Positions 18,505-28,716 of a stretch of DNA of 64,000 bases are shown here, piece by piece (position 1 is the first letter of the stretch; each line of letters starts with the position of its first letter). The notes under the pieces were generated by a model, which was given only the letters and a program-made list of their open reading frames with translations, had not been told where the DNA came from and did not search any database. A program made the translations under genes and the position numbers. Source of the stretch: Candidatus Kaiserbacteria bacterium. GTDB lineage: Bacteria > Patescibacteriota > Minisyncoccia > Phycocordibacterales > UBA918. Location: positions 2,525 to 66,524 of the forward strand of contig JAHQWD010000003.1 of NCBI GenBank assembly GCA_019634005.1, given 5' to 3'.

Positions 18505-19370
18505 TGTCATCTGCTCTTAAATACATAGGGGGTGTTCTTATACTTCTTGCGCTTGGAATAGTGCTCTGGCGAATGTCTACATCAGAAGAGATGCCCGCAC
18601 CTGTCGCTGAGGAAGAGGTTGTTCTTGAAACCGTCTCACCGCAGTCAGTAATTGGAACGTCTGTTGAGGGGCGCTCTATAGAAGCCTACACATATGGAGA
18701 AGGGAGTACCCACCTTCTCTTTGTTGGCGGTATTCACGGAGGGTATGAATGGAACAGCGTACTCCTCGCATATGAGCTTATAGACTACCTTGAAGCATAT
18801 CCCGAAGTACTTCCCGAGACACTTACGGTCACAGTTATTCCCGCACTGAACCCTGACGGACTGTATGCGGTGACAAAAAAAGAAGGACAGTTTGTAGCAT
18901 CAGACGTTACGGGGGACACAACGGTCGGTCGCTTTAATGCAAACGCAGTAGATCTTAACCGTAACTTTGATTGTAAATGGCAGCCAGAGAGTACGTGGCG
19001 CTCCCAGCCAGTGAGTGCTGGTACCAAAGCATTCTCCGAGCCTGAAGCACAAGCCCTTCGAGACTTCGTTCTCGAACAGTCTCCTACAGCTGTTGTCTTT
19101 TGGCACAGTAAGGCAAATGCCGTGTATGCGTCAGAATGTCTGGAGGGGGTACTTCCAGAAACACTCACGCTTATGAATACCTATGCAACAGCTGCGAAGT
19201 ACAGGGCAGTTCCTTCTTTTGATGCATATCCCGTAACTGGAGATGCTGAAGGATGGCTTGCATCTCTGGGTATTCCTGCGATCACGGTAGAGCTTAGAAC
19301 ACATGAGACTATCGAATGGGAACAAAATCGTGCGGCTATCCGAGCGTTGTTTTCTCTGTATGGAGAATAA
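18504..19370 (+). CDS. M14 zinc carboxypeptidase (MpaA-like), membrane-anchored
   Basis: GIHGGYE, NPDG, DLNRNF, VFWHS, ITVEL. Confidence 0.86.
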   Translation: MSSALKYIGGVLILLALGIVLWRMSTSEEMPAPVAEEEVVLETVSPQSVIGTSVEGRSIEAYTYGEGSTHLLFVGGIHGGYEWNSVLLAYELIDYLEAYPEVLPETLTVTVIPALNPDGLYAVTKKEGQFVASDVTGDTTVGRFNANAVDLNRNFDCKWQPESTWRSQPVSAGTKAFSEPEAQALRDFVLEQSPTAVVFWHSKANAVYASECLEGVLPETLTLMNTYATAAKYRAVPSFDAYPVTGDAEGWLASLGIPAITVELRTHETIEWEQNRAAIRALFSLYGE

Positions 19371-19381
19371 GCATAAACCCT

Positions 19382-19783
19382 ATGATTCATATCAAATATA
19401 AATTAGATAAATCAAACAGACATGGTGTTGGTCTATTTACAGACGAAGATCTAGAAAAGGGACAGTTAGTCTATACCGCAAGTCCCCTCCTCGATGTTGA
19501 TCTTACTCAAGAACAATTTGATCAGTTAACTGACCAGGAGAGAGCGGAAGTTATGTGGTGGGGATATTTTGACGAGCCGAGTCAGCGTTGGCATGTCGAC
19601 TTTGATGTGTCGAAGTTCATTAACCATTCTGAAGAAGGTGTCCTTACGCAAAGTGAGGATCATGACGAGGCATATCTAGTAACGACTCGTGATGTGAGAA
19701 AAGGTGAAGAATTGACCCAGAATTATCTCGAATTTGAGAACGAGGAAGATTTAAGACGGAGGGGGATTAGTGTAGGGGAATAG
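19382..19783 (+). CDS. SET-domain protein
   Basis: HGVGLF, FINHS, RDVRKGEELTQNY. Confidence 0.88.
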   Translation: MIHIKYKLDKSNRHGVGLFTDEDLEKGQLVYTASPLLDVDLTQEQFDQLTDQERAEVMWWGYFDEPSQRWHVDFDVSKFINHSEEGVLTQSEDHDEAYLVTTRDVRKGEELTQNYLEFENEEDLRRRGISVGE

Positions 19784-19918
19784 AGAGATCAAAAACATTA
19801 CCTCTCGAAGACACAGAATATGGTGATTACTATTTTGTTCTAAATAACATATAGGTACACCCAGTAGGACACACTTGACCATACGACATTTCCCGCGTAC
19901 TCTAAGCGCACTTTACAT

Positions 19919-21694
19919 ATGGAAACACGAAATATTGCAATCATTGCGCACGTAGACCACGGGAAGACCACACTGACCGACGCTATTATGCGTCAGACGG
20001 GTGCGGTTGCTGAAGGATCATCTATGGACTCTAACTCGCTCGAACAAGAGCGTGGTATTACCATCTACGCAAAAAATGCATCAGTAACGTACAAAGATAC
20101 AAAGATTAACATCGTAGACACTCCAGGACACGCGGACTTTGGAAGTGAGGTGGAGCGTGTGCTTCGTTCCATTGATGCTGTACTCCTTGTCGTAGACGCA
20201 CAGGAGGGTCCCATGCCACAGACACGATTTGTATTGAAGAAGTCTCTAGAGCTTGGACTGAAGCCAATCGTTGTGCTGAATAAGATCGACAAGCCCGCTG
20301 CAGATACCGATAAAGCGGAAGAGCAGGTATTAGAACTTTTCTTGGAGCTTGGTGCGTCAGACGAACAGGCAGACTTTACCGTTGTCTATGCTATCGGACG
20401 TGATGGCGTTGCAAAAAAGAATATGGATGATGAGCTTAAAGACCTTACACCACTTTTAGACACCATTCTTGAAGAGGTGCCTGCTGCAAAAGAATATGCA
20501 GAGGGAGATACCCTCAAGGCACAGATATTCAACCTTGGATACGACAACTTCCTCGGACGTCTCGCTATCGCACGCATCTACGAAGGGAAGATTGTTGATA
20601 ATGCGCCAATCTTTATTAAAGATGGAGATGGAGCAGCACGAAAAGGGAAAGTGACGAAACTCTCCACCTTCCAAGGACTTGAGCAGGTTCCAGTAAAAGA
20701 AGCCTATGCAGGAGACATTGTTCTCATTGCGGGGCTTGAGGATATCAATATTGGGGAGACACTCACTGATGCTGAGGAAGGAGAGACACTCCCGTCCATC
20801 TCTGTGGACGAGCCAACCATCGGACTTACTTTTATGCCGAATGCGTCACCATTTGCAGGGCGTGAAGGAAAGTATGTCACCAGTCGCCAGATTAAAGAGC
20901 GCCTTGAGAAAGAACTTGAAGTGAATGTAGGACTCCAAGTTGACTTCGCTCAAGGAGACTCTTTTGAAGTGTTTGGTCGGGGAGAAATGCACATCTCTAT
21001 CCTTCTAGAGAACATGCGCCGTGAAGGATATGAGCTTGCCGTATCACAGCCGCGCGTCATCATTCGCGAAGACGAGAGTGGAAAGACCGAACCATTTGAG
21101 GAGGTTATTATCGATACACCAGAACAATTCCAGGGAGCGATTATTGAGCGACTCTCTAATCGTGGATTTATCATGCAGAACATGGTGCCAGAAGGGAACC
21201 AAGTACGGCTCACGTTTGAAGGGCCGACACGAGGGCTCCTCGGCTATCGTGGACAGTTTATTATCGATACTAAGGGAGAGGGGATTCTCTGTTCACGGGT
21301 TATTGGTTTCCGTCCATACGCAGGAGAGATCAAGAAGCGCGCGGTCGGTTCTATGGTATCTATGGCACCTGGAAAGGCACTCGGCTTTGCACTCTTTAAC
21401 CTTCAAGATAGAGGGACACTCTACATTGGTCCTGGTACCGAGGTATATGAAGGGATGGTGATTGGAAACACCTCAAAGGGAGAGGAGATGGTAGTGAATC
21501 CAACAAAAGGGAAAAACCTTACCAACGTTCGGGCTTCAGGGTCTGATGATGCAATTGACCTCGTACCACCACAACCACTCTCTATCGAGATCGGTCTTGA
21601 GATTATGGCAGATGATGAGCTCCTTGAGGTGACCCCAAACTCTGTACGTCTACGGAAGCGCCACCTAAAAGAGAGTGAGCGGAAGAGAGCCTAG
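19919..21694 (+). CDS. typA: Translational GTPase TypA/BipA
   Basis: [24 protein letters not shown]-terminal [10 protein letters not shown]. Confidence 0.97.
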   Translation: METRNIAIIAHVDHGKTTLTDAIMRQTGAVAEGSSMDSNSLEQERGITIYAKNASVTYKDTKINIVDTPGHADFGSEVERVLRSIDAVLLVVDAQEGPMPQTRFVLKKSLELGLKPIVVLNKIDKPAADTDKAEEQVLELFLELGASDEQADFTVVYAIGRDGVAKKNMDDELKDLTPLLDTILEEVPAAKEYAEGDTLKAQIFNLGYDNFLGRLAIARIYEGKIVDNAPIFIKDGDGAARKGKVTKLSTFQGLEQVPVKEAYAGDIVLIAGLEDINIGETLTDAEEGETLPSISVDEPTIGLTFMPNASPFAGREGKYVTSRQIKERLEKELEVNVGLQVDFAQGDSFEVFGRGEMHISILLENMRREGYELAVSQPRVIIREDESGKTEPFEEVIIDTPEQFQGAIIERLSNRGFIMQNMVPEGNQVRLTFEGPTRGLLGYRGQFIIDTKGEGILCSRVIGFRPYAGEIKKRAVGSMVSMAPGKALGFALFNLQDRGTLYIGPGTEVYEGMVIGNTSKGEEMVVNPTKGKNLTNVRASGSDDAIDLVPPQPLSIEIGLEIMADDELLEVTPNSVRLRKRHLKESERKRA

Positions 21695-22134
21695 TTCGGC
21701 CGTTCTCCAAAGTTTTTCTCAAAGATATCGTCAATGAAGTGATCAAGTTTTGTCTTTTTGAAAAACTGTCGACGGGAATATATATAAATCGCCACGATAC
21801 CAGGAACAATTGCAGTGACTGGATTAAGTATGAGGGCAAGGGCAGTTATAAGTGCAAAAAGCCAGAATGCGAGATGGTTTTTCTTAAGGATACTGTAAGC
21901 TGCAGTGATCGCGATAACACCCACCGCAATCTGAAGTAGGTATGAGAAGCCAGAGATACGCTCTGGCTGTACGATATTCACAAAGAGACTTCCGATGATA
22001 CTGAGGCCTCCAATAAGGGTAAAGAGCGCAATGAATTTCATGATACTCGGAATCTGTGCTTTTGGGATCTCTACCTGCAATGTCTGTGCTACTTCCGAGA
22101 TCTTCTCCTCTGCTTTCTGTGCCTCTTTTTTCAT
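21691..22134 (-). CDS. Hypothetical membrane protein
   Basis: 147 aa, 3-4 hydrophobic segments, TGcTAGAAT upstream. Confidence 0.7.
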   Translation of the reverse strand: MKKEAQKAEEKISEVAQTLQVEIPKAQIPSIMKFIALFTLIGGLSIIGSLFVNIVQPERISGFSYLLQIAVGVIAITAAYSILKKNHLAFWLFALITALALILNPVTAIVPGIVAIYIYSRRQFFKKTKLDHFIDDIFEKNFGERPN

Positions 22135-22173
22135 AGTGCTCTCATTCTAGCATCATTTGGTATACTGGCGAAT

Positions 22174-22770
22174 ATGAAACAGCAGATTCTTATTATCCAT
22201 GGAGGGGATAGTTATATCTCAGAAGAGGAATATCACAAAGCATTACAAAACCGACAACTCAAGTTGGAGTGGTTTCGAGATGGTTCTAGTTGGAAAAAGT
22301 CACTGCAGGATGTATTAGGTAAGGAATATGATGTTCTAACACCGTATTTTCCACTTCGTGAAAATGCGCGCTATGAGGAGTGGAAGTTGGTGTTTGAAAA
22401 ACTGATGAAGATTGTTGATGAAGGAGTGATGATTATTGGACATTCGCTCGGCGGAATGTTTATTGCAAAATATCTTTCAGAAAATACAGCGTCCAAAAAA
22501 ATCAATGCCGTTTTCATAGTTGCTGCTCCATATGCTATGAATCCGCCGTGGTCACCTGAATTTGACGTGCCCGAATCCCTTGCAACTTTTGAACAGCAAG
22601 TTCCTCATATTTTCCTGTATCAAAGTAAAGATGATCCGCTCGTCTCTGTGGAAGAAGTCTACAAATTTGAGAGAGCAGTACCATCTGCAGAAGTGCGTAT
22701 CTTTGAGGATAGAGGACATTTCCTTGGGGATTCTTTCCCAGAGATAGTAGACGATATTACATCTCTATGA
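22174..22770 (+). CDS. Alpha/beta hydrolase (RBBP9/YdeN-like)
   Basis: IIHGG, GHSLGG, SKDDP, GHF. Confidence 0.88.
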   Translation: MKQQILIIHGGDSYISEEEYHKALQNRQLKLEWFRDGSSWKKSLQDVLGKEYDVLTPYFPLRENARYEEWKLVFEKLMKIVDEGVMIIGHSLGGMFIAKYLSENTASKKINAVFIVAAPYAMNPPWSPEFDVPESLATFEQQVPHIFLYQSKDDPLVSVEEVYKFERAVPSAEVRIFEDRGHFLGDSFPEIVDDITSL

Positions 22771-23075
22771 AAACATTCAGCGAACGTGTCGTCGATTTTG
22801 CACTCTCCATTCCAAAAGGGAGGGTGACCACATACGGAGATCTCGCACGCGCTGCAGGTGCGGGTCCTATGGCGTCACAGAGCATCACGACTATTCTTGC
22901 AAAGGCAGAGAAAAACGGAGTGAAAGGCATCCCATATCACCGTATTGTCTACGCTGGTGGAAAGGTGTGGCTCAATGAGAAATATCGCAAAGAACGGATG
23001 GATCTCTATGCGAAAGAGGGTATTGAGGTAGACGAGAAAGGGCGAATCTTTGGGTTTGAGGACATTCGTATCTAG
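22767..23075 (+). CDS. MGMT/alkyltransferase-like (ATL) protein
   Basis: IPKGRVTTYGDLA; PYHRIV instead of PCHRV. Confidence 0.85.
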   Translation: MKTFSERVVDFALSIPKGRVTTYGDLARAAGAGPMASQSITTILAKAEKNGVKGIPYHRIVYAGGKVWLNEKYRKERMDLYAKEGIEVDEKGRIFGFEDIRI

Positions 23076-23097
23076 CTGCATGCTACAATGTGCGCAT

Positions 23098-23577
23098 ATG
23101 GAAACATTTATCACAGCAGTCTTTGAATATGGACGCACGATTGCCGTTGGGGCATCAACATTTGCCGTCCTTTTCTTTCTTATATTAATGGTAGGTGGAG
23201 AGAAGAGTCCAGTTGTTCGTAAGGTGATGCACACAGTTTACGCGGTACTTCGTGTGGGAATGGTGCTTATCGGGCTTTCGCTTATTGGTATGTATTTTGT
23301 GGACACTGGTATAGAGCCGCTTCGCTATGTATTTCTCTGGGTACTGCTCATTATCATCACCGTGAATGCGGTGCTTATGACCGCACACATCATGAATCTC
23401 AAGTACGGGCCAGTCATCGCGGCGGGATCATGGTACTCAATGTTTTTCGTCAGTGTGCTCCCAATTCACACACTTGGGGTGCCAACAGCAATCGGACTGT
23501 ATATCGCATTCCTTGTACTCGTCTACATCTTCATTGAAATTATGAAGCCGATAATGAAAAAACGTGCAGAAGCATAA
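23098..23577 (+). CDS. Hypothetical membrane protein
   Basis: About five TM segments; TGcTACAAT 8 nt before ATG. Confidence 0.7.
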   Translation: METFITAVFEYGRTIAVGASTFAVLFFLILMVGGEKSPVVRKVMHTVYAVLRVGMVLIGLSLIGMYFVDTGIEPLRYVFLWVLLIIITVNAVLMTAHIMNLKYGPVIAAGSWYSMFFVSVLPIHTLGVPTAIGLYIAFLVLVYIFIEIMKPIMKKRAEA

Positions 23578-23836
23578 ATACTACGTCTACATACTTAAGT
23601 GCAGCGACGGTACATACTACACAGGAATAACGAATGATCTCGATAAGCGAGTAGAAGCACATAACACCTCTCCTCAGGGAGCAAAATACACTCGAACGCG
23701 GAGACCGGTTCGTCTGATGTATAGCGAATCATGCACGGATAAAGGGGAAGCGCTCCGTCGTGAGTATGAAATACGAAAGTGCTCAAGGACGCAAAAGGTC
23801 AATATCATAGCCACATTTCAGAAAAAACGGGCATAA
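23564..23836 (+). CDS. GIY-YIG nuclease (UPF0213-like)
   Basis: YVYILKCSDGTYYTGIT...HN...GAKYTR...ALRRE. Confidence 0.88.
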   Translation: MQKHKYYVYILKCSDGTYYTGITNDLDKRVEAHNTSPQGAKYTRTRRPVRLMYSESCTDKGEALRREYEIRKCSRTQKVNIIATFQKKRA

Positions 23837-23924
23837 CTTGCGTTTAGGGGGTAAACATTGTGCAATACTTGTGTGGAACGATTCTGTAGTATGATGATGC
23901 GCGTGAAATAGAAATAGAATCTAC

Positions 23925-25208
23925 ATGGCACAAGGAAATCCGAAAAAGAATATTATTGCGTATGTGGTCAGTCTCCCTCCTGGAGCTGCAGAAAGCATTC
24001 GTGCATACAGTAAGCGTGAGAAGCAGAAGCTTCGTATCATGCTCATCATTGATTCTCGGACAAAGGGGAAGGATAAGATAAAAAAGAACAAAGACTTCGA
24101 TATTCTCATTGAAGTAGATTTCTCAAAACCACACAAGATTGCATCTGCATTACTCCCATACCAAGACGAGCTTCGTGCCATTACGTGTCGCACGGAATCA
24201 CATATGGCAAAGTTCGCTGCAGTACTTCCTCATGTGCCATACCTCAGGACGCCATCAACAGAGTCTATTGAGTGGGCGAGTGATAAGCTGAAGATGCGAA
24301 AAAGATTTGCGCTCTATGACAAGTCGATTACCCCAAAGTATACGGCGGTGAAGGAGAACTCAAAGAAGGAGCGGAAGCGTATTATTGAAAAAATTGGTTT
24401 CCCAATGGTGGTAAAGCCTGCAAATCTTGCACAGAGCCTCCTTGTTTCTATCTGCTACCACGAAGAAGAGCTTGATAAAGCACTCCGCTCTTCGTTTCGT
24501 AAGATTAAGAAGATCTATGGAGAGAATGGTCGTACAGAGCTCCCGACACTGATGGCAGAAGAATACATGGAAGGAACTATGTACTCTGTTGATGCGTACG
24601 TGAATAGTCGCGGTACAGTATACTTCTGTCCGCTTGTGCGAACGAAGACGGGGAAGGAGATTGGTCACGATGATTTCTATGGATATCTGCAGATGACACC
24701 AACAGTGCTTAAGAAGAATACTGTTGAGAAGGCACGAGAGGTTGCGGAGAAAGGTGTACATGCGCTTGGGTTACGCAACACAACTGCACATATTGAGCTG
24801 ATGAAGCTCGAAGACGACTGGAAGATTGTGGAGATTGGTGCCCGTGTTGGTGGCTTCCGTCCAAAACTCCATCAACTATCGTGTGACATAGACCATTCAC
24901 TGAACGATGTACTCATCCGCCTTCCAAAGAAACCAGTTATTCCGAAAAAGTGTAAGGGATACGCTGCTGCAATGAAATGGTATCCAAAAAAAGAAGGAGT
25001 GCTCACAAAGTTACAGGGGATTAAGAAGATTCAAGAGCTCAAGTCCTTTGTCGAAATATCAGAGATCAAAAAACTTGGAGACCGATGTCGCTTTGCAAAG
25101 AATGGTGGAAAGGCAGTCTTTAAGATGGTGCTCTACAACAAAGATCGCGCGAAGCTCCTTGCTGACATTCGTCGTATTGAACAACTCGTGGATATCAAGA
25201 TTAAATAA
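23925..25208 (+). CDS. ATP-grasp domain protein (amino-acid ligase-like)
   Basis: DKLKMR, FPMVVKP, EEYMEG, HIEL, EIGARVGG. Confidence 0.85.
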   Translation: MAQGNPKKNIIAYVVSLPPGAAESIRAYSKREKQKLRIMLIIDSRTKGKDKIKKNKDFDILIEVDFSKPHKIASALLPYQDELRAITCRTESHMAKFAAVLPHVPYLRTPSTESIEWASDKLKMRKRFALYDKSITPKYTAVKENSKKERKRIIEKIGFPMVVKPANLAQSLLVSICYHEEELDKALRSSFRKIKKIYGENGRTELPTLMAEEYMEGTMYSVDAYVNSRGTVYFCPLVRTKTGKEIGHDDFYGYLQMTPTVLKKNTVEKAREVAEKGVHALGLRNTTAHIELMKLEDDWKIVEIGARVGGFRPKLHQLSCDIDHSLNDVLIRLPKKPVIPKKCKGYAAAMKWYPKKEGVLTKLQGIKKIQELKSFVEISEIKKLGDRCRFAKNGGKAVFKMVLYNKDRAKLLADIRRIEQLVDIKIK

Positions 25209-25234
25209 TACTGAATCTTGTATATACTGAGGGT

Positions 25235-25484
25235 GATGATTCTACGTAAAAAACACGCAACCGTTGCCACTGTACTCATTCTCGTGCTTGTGGTGCTTCT
25301 TGTCGCCTTCCTCCTTATGCGTACCGAGGAAGAGCCACAAAATCAATTGGTTGCAACACCAGCACTTACGGTGACAGATATTGAAACCTCAGTCACGGTC
25401 TCTAGTGACACAAACAAAGAGCGACAACAACATGCTGGAGCTCGGCTCATTGAGCGATTCAAGGTAACTGAAACAGGAGGGTAA
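25235..25484 (+). CDS. Small single-pass membrane protein (start approximate)
   Basis: Basic N-terminus plus long hydrophobic helix. Confidence 0.5.
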
Positions 25485-25489
25485 CAGGT

Positions 25490-26716
25490 ATGGCAGTTCC
25501 CAAAAGACAATTCCCGGATGGTTTCTACTGGGGAGCTGGCACCTCAGCGTATCAGGTGGAAGGGAATATCTACAACACAGACTGGGCACTTGCGGCAGAG
25601 GAGGGGAGAGTGCCAAGGGCGGGAAAAAGCTCTGATCATTATAATTATTTTGAAGAAGATTTCGATCTTGCAAAAGAGCTCGGACATAATGCGCATCGTT
25701 TCTCTATCGAATGGGCACGCATTGAGCCTGAAGAAGGAACGTTTGATCATAAAGAGATAGAACACTATCGGGAAGTACTTAAAGCGCTCCGTAAACGTGG
25801 TCTGGAACCGTATGTGACACTGTGGCATTTCACACTCCCGCTGTGGTTTTCAGAGAAGGGAGGTTTTGAAAGAAAGGATGCGCCAGAAATTTTTGCTCGA
25901 TACTGTTCTTTCGTCATGAAAGAATTGGGAGACCTCTTTACACATGTCTCAACTATGAATGAGCCAAACGTCTATGCGACACATGGATGGCTGTATGGCG
26001 CATGGCCACCATTCAAGCAGTGGCGGATCCTTGGTAAGAAAATTGGGAAGGAGGACGGTACGTCACGACGGACACAGAGTAGCTTCTTGAACATATTTCG
26101 CTACTTTAAGGTTTCAGACAATCTTATAAGAGCCCACCGACAAGCATACTTCGAAATAAAGAAGGTCTCACCTAAAGCGGAGGTGAGCGTGGTGAAGCAT
26201 GTACATTATTTTTATGCGAATAAGAACCCACTGAATAAACTATTGGCTCGGTTTATGAATTACCAACAGACGACTCGGTTCATGAACAAGGTGGCAGACT
26301 CTTGTGATGAGATAGGTCTCAACTTCTATCGAAGCACACAGTTTGGTGATACTCGTACACATACATACACAGACATGGGCTGGAAGATTGTCCCCGAAGA
26401 CATTTACGGAGCGCTCATGCTCTTACGTCAATACAAGAAGCCGATCTTCATTGCTGAAGCGGGGCTCGCCGATGCAAACGATGTGCACCGTGCGGAATAC
26501 ATTAGAGTCCAGGTCAGTTCTGTGTGGAGGGCAATACAAGAAGGTGTCGATGTGCGAGGACATATGTATTGGTCACTTCTCGATAACTATGAGTGGGCGC
26601 TTGGATATGAAAAGCGCTTCGGCCTTGTCGAAATTGATTACCAGACACTTAAACGGACACCGCGTCCTTCTGCACAGGTCTACCAGAAGATCTGTGTGGA
26701 GAATGCGGTAGAATAG
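25490..26716 (+). CDS. Glycoside hydrolase family 1 (beta-glucosidase-like)
   Basis: FPDGFYWGAGTSAYQVEG, RFSIEWARI, NEP, WSLLDNYEW, RFGL. Confidence 0.95.
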   Translation: MAVPKRQFPDGFYWGAGTSAYQVEGNIYNTDWALAAEEGRVPRAGKSSDHYNYFEEDFDLAKELGHNAHRFSIEWARIEPEEGTFDHKEIEHYREVLKALRKRGLEPYVTLWHFTLPLWFSEKGGFERKDAPEIFARYCSFVMKELGDLFTHVSTMNEPNVYATHGWLYGAWPPFKQWRILGKKIGKEDGTSRRTQSSFLNIFRYFKVSDNLIRAHRQAYFEIKKVSPKAEVSVVKHVHYFYANKNPLNKLLARFMNYQQTTRFMNKVADSCDEIGLNFYRSTQFGDTRTHTYTDMGWKIVPEDIYGALMLLRQYKKPIFIAEAGLADANDVHRAEYIRVQVSSVWRAIQEGVDVRGHMYWSLLDNYEWALGYEKRFGLVEIDYQTLKRTPRPSAQVYQKICVENAVE

Positions 26717-26722
26717 TGCTAT

Positions 26723-27661
26723 ATGGTATGGATTTTACTTGCAACGGTTGCACAGTTTCTAAACGCGGTCGTTGCGATTCTTGATAAATATATTGTTACG
26801 GAGAAGAGTGCGCTTCCCAAGCCATTCGTATATGCGTTTTATTCATGTTTGGTCTCTGGAGCGTGGATCTTGGTGTATGCATTTGGTGCACTCCCGCTCG
26901 CATCTCTTGAAGGGCTCTACATCCCATCGTTTGCCGCCGTCGAGAACCCATCGTTGACCGTGGTTGCGTTCTCCTTCCTTGCAGCCTATACATTCTTTTT
27001 TGCACTCGTCTCTTTGTATTCTGCACTAAAAGCGGGGGAGGCATCTGACGTTATGCCTGTTGCAGGAGCAGTGTCTGCAATTGCATCCTTTGGACTCGGG
27101 TATCAATTCCTCGGACAAAGTCTCTCACCAAACTTTGTTTTCGGTATTATCCTTTTGATCATCGGTATGTTCCTCGTCGTACGGAAACGACTGACAAAGT
27201 CTGTTGCGTTCTCATCTCTTCATGCGGGAGTATTCTTCGCACTTCACTTTGTGACCATGAAGGGACTATTCCTTGAAACAACATTTGATAATGCATTCTT
27301 CTGGTCACGTATCGGGTTTGTACTTTTTGCCCTGACGCTTCTCTTGGTGCCAAGTTACTTCAGGATGATCTTTGATCAGACGAAGACGTCACGTCCACAG
27401 ACTGGTTTTCTGATTATTTTTAATAAGATTCTTGCGGGGATAGCAGGGATTCTCATTCTCCGCGCGACAGATCTTGGTGAAGTGGCAGTCGTCCAAGCGC
27501 TTGATGGTCTAAAGTTCGTCTTTATCCTTCTCATTGCCATAGTGGTTGGACAGAAACTTCCTTCAGCGTGTCGGGAAGACAGCTGTAGACGACGGGAAAT
27601 TATCCAGAAAGCACTCTTTGTTGCCATTATATCCTTCGGATACCTTATTCTCTTTATCTAG
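26723..27661 (+). CDS. DMT/EamA-like membrane transporter
   Basis: About 10 TM helices with internal duplication. Confidence 0.7.
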   Translation: MVWILLATVAQFLNAVVAILDKYIVTEKSALPKPFVYAFYSCLVSGAWILVYAFGALPLASLEGLYIPSFAAVENPSLTVVAFSFLAAYTFFFALVSLYSALKAGEASDVMPVAGAVSAIASFGLGYQFLGQSLSPNFVFGIILLIIGMFLVVRKRLTKSVAFSSLHAGVFFALHFVTMKGLFLETTFDNAFFWSRIGFVLFALTLLLVPSYFRMIFDQTKTSRPQTGFLIIFNKILAGIAGILILRATDLGEVAVVQALDGLKFVFILLIAIVVGQKLPSACREDSCRRREIIQKALFVAIISFGYLILFI

Positions 27662-27679
27662 AGCTGGTACAATACGAGT

Positions 27680-28669
27680 ATGAGACGATGGATGAAACGC
27701 ATACTGATAGCTATTCTTGTTCTGATTCTTCTTAGTGTATTTCTCATCCAAAAGGAGAAACCAGAAGAGATTACGTATGGAATCTCTTTTAACACGCTCT
27801 ATGCCGAAGAGCTGGGTCTTGAACCGCGACAGGTCTATGATGCGTTCCTTGACGATCTTGGCGCACGGCATCTGCGGCTCGCGGCTCATTGGACAATGGT
27901 GGAGCCAGATCGGGATGTCTATGATTTTTCAGAGCTTGATTATCAGATAGCACGTGCAGAGGAAGTGGGTGCAGATGTGATCTTTGCAGTTGGGAGACGA
28001 CTTCCTCGTTGGCCAGAGTGTCATGTACCAGACTGGGCTCGACCACTTCCATGGGAGGCACAGAAAGAAGAAATTAAGAGGTACATTGAGACCGTTGTGG
28101 ATCGTTACAAGGAGAGTCCTGTTATCACGCACTGGCAAGTGGAGAACGAACCATATCTTGAAGTCTTTGCACAGGAACATTGTGGCGACTTTGACGAAGC
28201 TTTTCTCAAAGAAGAAATCGCACTGGTGCGGAGTCTTGATAACTCCCGCCCAATCTTGATCACCGACAGTGGAAATCTTGGTACATGGATCGGAGCGTAT
28301 CGGAATGGAGATGCTTTTGGAACAAGTGTCTATGTCTATTTCTGGAATCCAGAACTGGGACAGTTCCGCACTGTGCTTGCGCCATGGGTGTATCGGCTGA
28401 AAGAGGGTGTACTCGAACTCTTCTTTGGAAAGAAAGAGACCTTTTTGATAGAGCTCTCACTGGAGCCGTGGCTCTTAGAACCTGTGCAGGATGTCCCTGT
28501 TCCTGTGCAGTATAGCCGTATGCACGTTGGAAAATTTGATGAAATTATAGAGTACGCAAAAGCGACACGATATGAACGTCAGTATCTCTGGGGAGGAGAG
28601 TGGTGGTACTGGTTGAAACAGTACGGGCGTGGTGAATTGTGGGCTCATGGGAAGGCACTTTTTGAGTAA
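27680..28669 (+). CDS. Membrane-anchored clan GH-A glycoside hydrolase
   Basis: YGISF, W..VEP...YDFS.LD, PRWPECH, WQVENEP. Confidence 0.75.
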   Translation: MRRWMKRILIAILVLILLSVFLIQKEKPEEITYGISFNTLYAEELGLEPRQVYDAFLDDLGARHLRLAAHWTMVEPDRDVYDFSELDYQIARAEEVGADVIFAVGRRLPRWPECHVPDWARPLPWEAQKEEIKRYIETVVDRYKESPVITHWQVENEPYLEVFAQEHCGDFDEAFLKEEIALVRSLDNSRPILITDSGNLGTWIGAYRNGDAFGTSVYVYFWNPELGQFRTVLAPWVYRLKEGVLELFFGKKETFLIELSLEPWLLEPVQDVPVPVQYSRMHVGKFDEIIEYAKATRYERQYLWGGEWWYWLKQYGRGELWAHGKALFE

Positions 28670-28716
28670 TACGGTATACTGGAGCGTATAGTAATAAGAT
28701 ACGTACATATTTAAGT

